A DNA stretch of 64,000 bases from Macrostomum hystrix (Eukaryota > Animalia > Platyhelminthes). This document shows positions 1 to 12,000 of this stretch, piece by piece (position 1 is the stretch's first letter; each line of letters opens with the position of its first letter). The notes below the pieces were generated by a model, which was given only the letters and a program-made list of their open reading frames with translations, was not told the DNA's origin and made no database searches. The stretch lies in NCBI GenBank assembly GCA_950097015.1, contig CATNEN010000039.1, positions 3,038,001-3,102,000 of the forward strand, written 5' to 3'. The position numbers and the translations under genes are program-made.

Positions 1-5
1 CTCAG

Positions 6-3000
6 GTGCGCATCTTTAACACGGCGGCCGGGTTTGTACCGTTTGTTCAACGTCTGTGCAGCCAGGTGAGTCCTCACGGTTTTTGTATACGAGTAGATTT
101 TGGACTCGCTTTGGCTTCTCAGCTTAGTTTTTTATTGCTAAGAAGCTGGGATCTAAAAATACTCACCAATCGCCACATCGTTGCTGCAGCGTCGCCGTGG
201 CCAGACGCTGGACTCCAGGCGGACGCACGAGGCTGTGGCAACGCTGCTGGAGCTGCGTCAGTTTCTGTTCGTTGACGGCGAGCCAAGGCCTGAGAGACAG
301 AAACTGCTCAGGCAGCTTGGGGTAAAGGGAGAGGCAGAAACAGCTCTTAAATCTACCTGTTACACTGAGAATCTACCTGTTACACTGAGAATCTACCTGT
401 TACACTGAGAATCTACCTGTTACACTGAGAATCTACCTGTTACACTGAGAATCTACCTGTTTCACTGGGAATTCACCTGTTACACTGGGAATTCACCTGT
501 TTCACTGGGAATTCACCTGTTACACTGGGAATTCACCTGTTACACTAGTAATTCACCTGCTACACTGGGAATTCACCTGTTACACTGGGAATTCACCTGC
601 TACACTGGGAATTCACCTGTTTCACTGGGAATTCACCTGTTACACTGGGAATTCACCTGCTACACTGGGAATTCACCTGTTACACTGGGAATTCACCTGC
701 TACACTGGGAATTCACCTGTTTCACTGGGAATTCACCTGTTACACTGGGAATTCACATGTTACACTGGGAATTCACATGTTACACTGGGAATTCACCACT
801 TTGATTGCAGTTAATCGACTTGCTGGTGCAGCTGCTACAAGCTCCAATCAGAGGCAGCCCAGACCAGGCCAGCATTGCTCAGGTCATTGTTGCCGCCTAT
901 GAGGTCATCTCAGCGTATCTCAGCGGGGGCGGCTCAGGAAACAACGCGGCTCACATTGCGCAACACCTGGAATTCTTCCTGACGCAAGTGGCGCTTGAGG
1001 TGCGCGAGTTGCTCCAAAAAGACTTGTCCCGTGCCATATTTGTCTTGTTCACCCGGTAACTACCCAGAACACACATATTTTTCATTGCAGAACTCAGCAG
1101 GATTTGTAAGTTTAACTTTGCAGTTGCTGCTGGCTTTCACAGCTGAGAACCCGTATGGCCTACTCAAGGTAGTTTCTCTTTCTTCTTAGGAGCAAATCGG
1201 CTACCGCTCTGCCGGGCTGGTCATGGAGCTGGTCAGGGACAACAGAAAGATTATTGACCGCGTTCCCCTGACCGCCATTGCCGAGATTGTGCAGCTACTG
1301 AAGCATAACCGGGTGAGTGAATTCACTCACCTGAGCATTCACCAATTCCTCATTCAAGCATTCACCAATTCCTCATTTGAGCTTTTAAAAACTTATCATT
1401 CGAGCATTCACCAATTCCTCATTCAAGCATTCGTCAATTCCTCATTCGAGCATTCACCAATTCCTCATTTGAGCATTCAAAAACTTATCATTCGAGCATT
1501 CACCAATTGTCGCGACTTTCGTCTCTGCCTTCTGTCCTCTATTCACTCTTTGGTTCTCTGCACTTTTCTTGTTTACATCGTCCAGTTCAATCTAGTTCTT
1601 TCTCTCTCGTTATCTCTGCGGCTGATCTCTCATTCTCTATCCTTTCTTTCTTTCCTCCTCTCTGATTGGTCCGCCGCTCACGTTCTAGCCTCCTCTCCTA
1701 CCCTCAGTCGCGCACTCTTGTTATCGTACCGCCAACCCCCCTTCCTTATCGCTCTGTTAAACTTAAATATATTTTGACTCTCGGCCTGAATTGGCTCACA
1801 GCCGTATGAACGGGCTCTTACTGCGAGGACTCAATTTGTTGCATAAGAATTCAAGACATGGCGCCCGAACGGGGACATGGCGCCCGAACGAAATCGAACC
1901 CAAATGTAGAATTATTTTCTGCCAGCTCCTTCTGGCTTTCATCTCATCAGCGTCGTTCTCGTCCGCCGGCCTGCATTGATTTTGCATAAAACGATCTTCG
2001 TCTCGTCTCGTCTCGTCTCGCCTCAGTTCGTCCCATGTGGCGACCGCCGGTTCCTGGTCTCTCATTCGTTCGCCGGGATCGCCACAGGACTCGTCTCGTC
2101 TCAGCTCGTCTCGTCTCGCCTCAGTTCGTCCCATGTGGCGACCGCCGGTTCCTGGTCTCTCATTCGTTCGCCGGGATCGCCACAGGACTCGTCTCGTCTC
2201 AGCTCGTCTCGTCTCGCCTCAGTTCGTCCCATGTGGCGACCGCCGGTTCCTGGTCTCTCATTCGTTCGCCGGGATCGCCACAGGACTCGTCTCGTCTCAG
2301 CTCGTCTCGTCTCGCCTCAGTTCGTCCCATGTGGCGACCGCCGGTTCCTGGTCTCTCATTCGTTCGCCGGGATCGCCACAGGACTCGCCTCGTCTAGCCT
2401 CGTCTCGTCTCATCTCTTCTCGCCTCAGTTTCGTCTCGTGTGGTGACCGCCGGTTCCTGGTCTCTCATTCGTTCGCCGGGATCGCCACAGGACTCGTCTC
2501 GTCTCAGCTCGTCTCGTCTCGCCTCAGTTCGTCCCATGTGGCGACCGCCGGTTCCTGGTCTCTCATTCGTTCGCCGGGATCGCCACAGGACTCGTCTCGT
2601 CTCAGCTCGTCTCGTCTCGCCTCAGTTCGTCCCATGTGGCGACCGCCGGTTCCTGGTCTCATTCGTTCGCCGGGATCGCCACAGGACTCGCCTCGTCTAG
2701 CCTCGTCTCGTCTCATCTTTTCTCGCCTCAGTTTCGTCCCGTGTGGTGACCACCGGTTCCTAGTCTCACATTCGTTCTTCGGGATTGCCGCACGATTCAT
2801 TCGCTCGTTTTCATTACATTACGTTGGCAGTGCCGGCAGGAGTTTCATATTCTCCATTTCGTTATTTGTTTGTGGACGCTCGAAAAAAAATCTTTTTTTT
2901 CATTTTCTACAACAAATGCTTCGTTGTTTCAAAACGTTAAATTTATTTAACTTATCGAAGAACCTATGTTGGTGTCTGTCTCGTTAGCCTTCCCTCGTTT

Positions 3001-6000
3001 CGCAATAGTCTGCACGAGTATAATATTGTAGACATCAATTGATATTTGTTCGTTAAATGCATTATTTTGTTTTTTCCTTATAGGGCAAAATTCTCTCGTT
3101 AAATTAGTTTTTAAATTTGAAAGTTTCGATTAAAACATTCTTCATTTTCGGGGGGAGAGTTGTGGCTCTACTCTACGTGTCGAGGCTTGTGTGTAAAATC
3201 AACGTCTGCAAGAATTCGTAAAAGTTTTAGTTTTGTGTATTCACAACCATTGGTGTATTATATTTTACTCTCAACCAACAACCTCTATTTGTTTGAAGCT
3301 CTTCAGTGTCTGATCTCTGCTTTAATTTGCCTGTTTTGCAGATCAGAATGTAAATCTATGGAGAATCTAACTAAGTTATTTCTAATCTCTTGTTCTAAAA
3401 AATGTTGCATTTTTTGGGGGAGTGTCGCGACTTTCGTCTCTGCCTTCTGTCCTCTATTCACTCTTTGGTTCTCTGCACTTTTCTTGTTTACATCGTCCAG
3501 TTCAATCTAGTTCTTTCTCTCTCGTTATCTCTGCGGCTGATCTCTCATTCTCTATCCTTTCTTTCTTTCCTCCTCTCTGATTGGTCCGCCGCTCACGTTC
3601 TAGCCTCCTCTCCTACCCTCAGTCGCGCACTCTTGTTATCGTACCGCCAACCCCCCTTCCTTATCGCTCTGTTAAACTTAAATATATTTTGACTCTCGGC
3701 CTGAATTGGCTCACAGCCGTATGAACGGGCTCTTACTGCGAGGACTCAATTTGTTGCATAAGAATTCAAGACACCAATTCCTCATTCAAGCATTCGTCAA
3801 TTCCTCATTCAAGCATTCACCTATTTATCATTCAAGCATTCAAGCATTCACCGATTCCTCATACAAGCATTCACCAATTCCTCATTCGAGCATTCGCCAA
3901 ATCTTTATTCAGGCATTCACCAATATCTTACTCAGGCATTCACCAATATCTTATTCTGGCATTCACCAATCACAGCTCCAAGCATTCACCAATCACAGCT
4001 CCAAGCATTCACCAATCACAGCTCCAAGCATTCACCAATCACAGCTCCAAGCATTCACCAATCACAGCTCCAAGCATTCACCAATCACAGCTCCAAGCAT
4101 TCACCAATCACAGCTCCAAGCATTCACCAATCACAGCTCCTAGCATTCACCAATCACAGCTCCTAGCATTCTAATCACAGCTCCAAGCATTGACCAATCA
4201 CAGCTCCTAGCATTCACCAATCACAGCTCCTAGCATTCACCAATCACAGCTCCTAGCATTCACCAATCACAGCTCCAAGCATTCACCAATCACAGCTCCT
4301 AGCATTCACCAATCACAGCTCCTAGCATTCACCAATCACAGCTCCAAGCATTGACCAATCACAGCTCCTAGCATTGACCAATCACAGCTCCTAGCATTCA
4401 CCAATTCCAGAACTATCGGAACCTAGAGCTGCTTGGTGCCTTCTGTGCCAGTTGCGGCCGAGGTCTGGCAGACAGGCAGGCCTTTATCGCCCGTCACTGG
4501 CTGGCTCAGCCTCACCCTTTGAATAACCTGGCGCTGGTACACACCAGCCTGGGCCGCGACATTGGAAGGGAGCCCGGCCGGACAGTCTTCGTGTCCGTGG
4601 ACTCCAGGCTGAGTTGGGTAACTGTTGAGCAGTTTGCAGCCGAGGTGAGTGCCACCTGCTCAGGCCAGTTTAGTATGCGGAAATTTCATGAGCTAGAATA
4701 AATACAGCACACAATTTCACCACCGACCCAAACTCAGTACCGAAATGCTTTGGCCAAGTCGCACGCAGCTGTGGGGCCGGCCAGTGCTCAGGCGGCCTTG
4801 TCAGACCGGCAGCGGCAGCGGAGGCGGCTGGCTCGGAAACGACTATCGGCTGAGGAGGTCAGCCCTATTGTGATACCTTTCTGACCTAAACCTGGCAATC
4901 AAAAACCCAAAAAGACACCTAAAAGCACTTTCTGAACTAGACCTGACACCCAAGTGGTTCTCTCCTGAACTAGACCTGACACCCAAGTGGTTCTCTCCTG
5001 AACTAGACCTGACACCCATGTGGTTCTCTCCTGAACTAGACCTGACACCCATGTGGTTCTCTCCTGAACTAGACGTGACACCCAAGTGGTTCTCTCCTGA
5101 ACTAGACGTGACACCCAAGTGGTTCTCTCCTGAACTAGACCTGACACCCAAGTGGTTCTCTCCTGAACTAGACCTGACACCCAAGTGGTTCTCTCCTGAA
5201 CTAGACCTGACACCCAAGTGGTTCTCTCCTGAACTAGACCTGACACCCATGTGGTTCTCTCCTGAACTAGACCTGACACCCATGTGGTTCTCTCCTGAAC
5301 TAGACGTGACACCCAAGTGGTTCTCTCCTGAACTAGACGTGACACCCAAGTGGTTCTCTCCTGAACTAGACCTGACACCCAAGTGGTTCTCTCCTGAACT
5401 AGACCTGACACCCAAGTGGTTCTCTCCTGAACTAGACCTGACACCCAAGTGGTTCTCTCCTGAACTAGACCTGACACCCAAGTGGTTCTCTCCTGAACTA
5501 GACCTGACACCCATGTGGTTCTCTCCTGAACTAGACGTGACACCCAAGTGGTTCTCTCCTGAACTAGACCTGACACCCATGTGGTTCTCTCCTGAACTAG
5601 ACCTGACACCCAAGTTCGCTCTGAGTGACCCCAAGACCTGTTTTCGATAGCCCAATGTTTCTCATTGTTAACATGCGGCGATTTTCGTTGCTATGTAATT
5701 TCAGAATTTCTCAGCGACAATTGACAACTTTCTGTTTCTTCAGAATCAACTGGATCTGTTCTGCAAGCTATGCCAGGTATATTTAACCTGATTAGAGCTT
5801 CGCATTTTATCAGTTCTAGCCTCTGAAACATTTGTTGTTTACGAAAAAACAGGGTCGCAACTCGAGCATCATCAAGCTCATTACCTGCCAGTTAGGCCTT
5901 GTCACCTGGGAGGAGTGTTTCACCTGCCTAAGAAACGACGCGCTGCCAGATCAGCTGAGGTCGGCTTACTGCCGAGCCGCTCTGTGGCTGCACGTTGACG

Positions 6001-9000
6001 TCCCGGCCAACGTCAGCGTGCTGGCCAGTATGCAGCTGACCTTCGCCTGCGAGGACCTGGGCAAGAGCTCACGAGCCACGCTCTACCAGACGGTGAGGCC
6101 TGGGACAGCTTTGCCCCGCTTGGTGAGGGCTTTGACACCTCCGGAGTGAGGCCTGGGGTAGCTTGGCGAGAGCTTTGGCACCTCCGGAGTGAGGCCTGGG
6201 GTATCTTGGTGAGAGCTTTGACACCTCCGTAGTGAGGCCTGGGGTATCTTGGTGAGAGCTTTGACACCTCCGGAGTGAGGCCTGGGGTAGCTTGGTGAGA
6301 GCTTTGACACCTCCGGAGTGAGGCCTGGGGTAGCTTGGTGAGAGCTTTGACACCTCCGGAGTGAGGCCTGGGGTAGCTTGGTGAGAGCTTTGACACCTCC
6401 GGAGTGAGGCCTGGAGTAGCTTTGCCCCCGCTTGGTGAGGGCTTTGACACCTCCAGGGTGAGGCCTGGGGTAGCTTTGCCCCGCTGAGCAAGGGCTTCGA
6501 CACCTCTGGAGTGAGTGATGTTTCGTTGAAGTGGCTGCTGTATTTCATACACCAATTAAAATATATTATATAATTATGATAAAAAACAGGTCAGTGACGA
6601 AGACTCAATTACCCGGAGCCACAGCTCAGTCATTCTGGACTGGGTGACGTCATTTCTAGATAAGAACCACCGAATGACAGCCTCGGACATCGACCGCAGT
6701 CGGCTGCTGTCCGAAGTTCTCAACCTTCTACTCCATTTGGTCAGCTTTGGGTACTACAGCTCAACTGTGGACATTAAGCGACTCCTGCGACCTGTGCTGA
6801 AGCTGGTTGATGGCAGAAACGACATTCCACTTCCAGAGAGTGAGCTTCCTCCTAACCCCAGCACTACAACCTCAAAGACAGAAACCCCGAAGACATCTTC
6901 CTCAAAGACACCAACCTCAAAGCCACCAACCTCAAAGACAGAAACCCCGAAGACATCTTCCTCAAATACACCAACCTCAAAGCCACCAACCTCAAAGACA
7001 GAAACCCCGAAGACATCTTCCTCAAAGACACAAACCTCAAAGACACCAACCTCAAAGACACCAACCCCAAAGCCACCAGCCTCGAAGACAGAAACCCCGA
7101 AGACATCTTCCTCAAAGACACAAACCTCAAAGACACCAACCTCAAAGACACCAACCCCAAAGCCACCAGCCTCGAAGACACCAGCCTCAAAAACAACATC
7201 CTCTGAGACACCAACCTCAAAGACACCAACCTCAAATACAGAAACCCCGAAGACATCTTCCTCAAAGACACAAACCTCAAAGACACCAACCTCAAAGACA
7301 CCAACCTCAAAGCCACCAGCCTCGAAGACACCAGCCTCAAAAACAACATCCTCTGAGACATCTACCTCAAAGACACCAACCCCAAATCCACCAGCCTAGA
7401 ATACACCAGCCTAAAAAATATCATCCTCTGAGACACCAACCTCAAAAACAGCAACCTCAAAGCCAGCAACCTCAAAGACACCAACCTCAAAGACACCAGC
7501 CTCGAAGACAGCAACCTCAAAGCCACCAGCCTCAAAGACACCAACCTTAAAGACACCAACCTCAAAGACACCAACCCCAAAGCCACCAGCCTCAAAGACA
7601 CCTACCTCAAAGACACCAACCTCAAAGACACCAACCTCAAATATAGAAACCTCGAAGACATCTACCTTAAAGACACCAACCTCAAATACAGAAACCTCGA
7701 AGACACCAACCTTAAAGAGACCAACCTCAAAGACACCAACCTCAAAGACAGCAACCTCAAAGACACCAGCCTCAAAGACACCAACCTTTAAGACACCAAC
7801 CTCAAAGACACCAACCTCAAAGCAAGCAGTCTCGAAGACACCAACCTTAAAGACACCAACCTCAAAGACACCAACCTCAAAGACAGCAACCTCAAAGCCA
7901 CCAGCCTCAAAGACACCAACCTTAAAGACACCAACCTCAAAGACACCAACCTCAAAGCAAGCAGTCTCGAAGACACCAACCTTAAAGACACCAACCTCAA
8001 AGACACTAACCTCAAAGACAGCAACCTCAAAGCCACCAGCCTCAAAGACACCAACCTTAAAGACACCAACCTCAAAGACACCAACCTCAAAGACAGCAAC
8101 CTCAAAGACACCATCCTCAAAGACACCAACCTTTAAGACACCAACCTCAAAGACACCAACCTTTAAGACACCAACCTTTAAGACACCAACCTCAAAGACA
8201 CCAACCTCAAAAACAACATCCTCTGAGACACCAACCTCAAAGACACCAACCCCGAGGATAGCGACCTCAAACACAACAGCCTTAGGTCCAATTATATTAT
8301 AGTAAAAAGAGTTTTCAAAGAGTTTTTATTAACTTTTGCACGCGTCGACACAGGCGCCACACGAGACTACGAGAATGTGTTGCATCACTATCGGCAAACC
8401 GAGCGGTATCGAACGTCTTGTGAGACTCGTTTTCTAGTTGACGCAAAGTACCGGTAAGCCTATAACGCAAGTTTTTTTACCACAAAATTGCACGCACTGA
8501 AGCATAGCGGACTGGAGGTTGAGGTCCCGGAGCTCGATTCCGCAGCGAGGCCGCATTCATTTGGGACGCAATCAAGGAGAGAAGGCGTGCGGGCTTGTCG
8601 CGCAATTCACGCCCTTGAGGGCCAACCTCCAAGGCACAGTGAGATTCTTCACAGTGGGTGCCCTGATCATACATAAGAAAGTAGGGGCAGATGTACACAC
8701 CTGTGTGAGTACATGCCTCACATACAGTATCGTGTGCGTGTGTGCTCAGGATTCAGTTTAATAGGCAGAATTGGTTCTGTGGGTCTACTGCCACCAAATG
8801 CTCAGTGCCCACAGGTGCTAAAACAGTCCAATGTCGCTTCCAGGGCCCTGAAAGTGCTCGACCTGTTCTTTAACTTCCGATTCAACGTTCGACTCGCCCG
8901 ATTCGTAGCCGAATTTGTGGAGGTCATTGGTTCGAATCCAGCGTTTGGAGCAGAAGCCACCGGTGCTGGGCGTTTGCAGGAAGACCCGTTCGCGGCCTTG

Positions 9001-12000
9001 CTGAGCGACCAGTTCGTTTTGAGGCCTGGGTAAGAGTTTGCATCATGGTGATCATTCTGAGTTCATTTCGATCATTGCAATGATCACTCGAATGACCATT
9101 GACTTCAGTCACTCATGAATTCTATTTTTATAGAATTAGCCTCACAGAGTTGCAGTGAATTTTATGCCGAATGTCATTTCAAATCGATTTTCAGTCTCGA
9201 GCTGCAAGTGCGACAGCGCCTGCGAGAAATCTTTGTTGAGTCTTCGTTTTTCACGGACAGCGATTTTGACATTGTGAATGTCCTGCTGGTACGCGCTTGT
9301 GTTCTCAATTACAATTGCTGCAATCAAATATAACACACTGTACACCATTTAAGACCAAAAAATATGCACCTGTACTCACATAATTTACTCAAGCTAGACA
9401 AATTATCTAACTGAAATGTCTCTCTTTCAGACCCCCAATGTCCACCAGCTAAATTCACAATGTCAACCAGCTAAATTCACAATGTCCACCAGCTAAATTC
9501 ACAATGTCCACCTGCTAAATTCACAATGTCCACCTGCTAAATTCACAATGTCCACCAGCTAAATTCACAATGTCCACCAGCTAAATTCACAATGTCCACC
9601 AGCTAAATTCACAATGTCCACCAGCTAAATCTACAATGCCCATCTATCAGACCCAGTAGAGCTCCAATTTCCACACTTCAGACCCACAATGTCCACCTGC
9701 AAATCTCTCCTCGGCCTCCCAAACGCAGGACCTGAGCCGCTACGCCTATCCCAGTCTGTCGCGGATGTCCCTCTGGCTGCTCCATCGCTATTATTCCGCT
9801 TACGACTACCTGCTGGGCCGCGCGAGCCTCGTCCGGTTGGCCAACACCGCCGAGTCAGTGTCCGCTCATCGAACCGTCCAGCTGGCCGGCCATCAGCTCC
9901 GGCAGCTGGTGTCGGCGAAGATGACACCATCGGATATGAGACTGGCCAGCGACATCTTGGATAGGCTGAGTCGGTGAGGTTGTTGCACAATGGGGCCATG
10001 GCATCTAAGACACGATTTTTACCGACAAGACAATTTTTACCTGTTAGACATGACAACTCATCAGCTAGACACTTGTAGTGTTGGAGGGCCACCTGCTAGC
10101 TTCAAGCACGAGAGGCACGATTATTCACCTGTTATACGCGATTACACATCTGTTAGACACGCCCAAAGATAATACATTTTTGTTTAACCCATAGATAGTA
10201 GAATATATTGTTTATATATTCTACGAGCTATAAAAAAATAGATTTTTCCCCCATGGGGGAGATTAGCGTTGTCAGCTTCCTACTGTTAAACACAATTATT
10301 TCCCTGTTTAATTTTATTAATACACAATCTGTATAATTAAAGCAACTCTCGATAATTTACCCGAAAGCCTCTGCCAGCTGGACCCTTTCAGCGAGGAGCC
10401 GCACCCTGTGAATCAGGCCATCGTTTACAACGGCGGTGTGGTTGACTGCGTGTTCGACCTGACTGCTCAGCAATCCGCCGCCTCAACAACAGGTGCTCTG
10501 GTGAGCTGGGAATTACTGAAACGCGAATTTGGATATCTTTAAGACAGGTGATGTACCTGTCTAACAGGTGATGTACATGTCTAACAGGTTATGTACCTGT
10601 CTAACAGGTGATGTACATGTCCAACAGGTTATGTACCTGTCTAACAGGTGATGTACCTGTCTAACAGGTGATGTACATGTCCAACAGGTTATGTACCTGT
10701 CTAACAGGTGATGTACCTGTCTAACAGGTTATGTACCTGTCTAACAGGTGATGTACATGTCCAACAGGTTATGTACCTGTCTAACAGGTGATGTACCTGT
10801 CTAACAGGTGATGTACCTGTCCAACATGTGATGTACCTGTCTAACAGGCAAAACACCTGTCTAACCGGTAATGTCTAACAGGTGTGGTACCTGTCTAACA
10901 GTCGGTCAACCCCTGCTCGTTTCATAGGATCTGAGCGCAGACGTACGCAGCCACCGCGGCCTGCTCTGTCGCGGCTTCGGCATGCTGCGCTGCCTGGCCA
11001 GAGACAATCCGCCGGTGCGCAGCCACCTGTTCGACCGGCTGGACAAGCTGCTCGGCCTCTGCTGCCCCGGCGTGGAATCGGATATGGCCGCCACTCTGCT
11101 GGAGGTCTTTCGCGATCATCGGTTGGCCTGTCAGCGTGTCGAGTGGCGACAGATGGCCCGAATCGTGGCCCTGGCCAGCCATCTGTGCTCCAGGGCGCCC
11201 GGCCTGCTTCGCCTGCTGAACGCCATCGTAAAGGCAAGTTTTTGTTGATGTTTGTGGGATCTCTAGTGCCATTTAAGGAATACTCAAATATTTTAAACTA
11301 ATTGCAATTTTTAAGGAATTTTGGTCATTGGATGGATGGCTCATGGTGAGTGGAGTGAGGTGTGTGATTCGATGACTCATGATGAGTGGAGTGAGGTGTG
11401 TGATTCGATGACTCATGGCGAGTGAAGTGAGGTGGGTGATTCGATGACTCATGATGAGTGGAGTGAGGTGGGTGATTCGATGACTCATGATGAGTGAAGT
11501 GAGGTGGGTGATTCGATGACTCATGATGAGTGGAGTGAGGTGGGTGATTCGATGACTCATGATGAGTGGAGTGAGGTGTGTGATTCGATGACTCATGGCG
11601 AGTGAAGTGAGGTGGGTGATTCGATAACTCATGATGAGTGGAGTGAGGTGGGCGATCAAATGACTCACGTGTGACATTTAAAAGTAGGCGTTGAATAAAA
11701 GATTTTTTAATTACTTCCCTAGGTTGAAGAGCAGGAACTGCTGCTGCGCCGGAACCAGACTCTCGTTGTGAAGTGCCTAGCACGGCGTCCCCAGCTGCTG
11801 CAGCATTGGCGAAATTCGCCGCCCGGTGAGCAGCTGCGGCTGCTCCGGGCCTCCGGTCCCGAGGCCCACTTCGCCACCGAGCTGCAGGACCTGCTGGCAA
11901 GCTGCTGCGAGGGCGGCAACCGCTACGCCGAGTCCATCTGTCAGCGACTTGGTGCCGAGCCTGACGATCTCGCCGCAACAGCCAAGGCGCTCGCAGCTCG

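Larger units (their letters stand above)
1508..3773 (+). mobile_element. Non-autonomous LTR retroelement (TRIM/LARD-like), recent insertion in an ITPR intron
   Basis: Two apparently identical 351-bp LTRs (1508-1858, 3423-3773) with TGTC...GACA ends. 5-bp TSD CCAAT (1503-1507, 3774-3778). PBS TGGCGCCCGAACGGGGAC directly after the 5' LTR; GGGGGAG polypurine tract directly before the 3' LTR. No gag/pol ORF inside. Confidence 0.95.

Noticed and set aside
4932-5615. CRISPR-like arrays (33-, 36- and 42-bp periodic repeats)
   Set aside because: Units are head-to-tail with no unique spacers, there are no cas genes, and the context is eukaryotic.
6840-7399. Mucin-like Thr/Ser/Lys/Pro extension of the ITPR exon (ORF 6644-7399)
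   Set aside because: A donor at 6840 (A|gtgagc) joins in phase to 8354. The extension is read-through into a 15-bp repeat and hits a stop.
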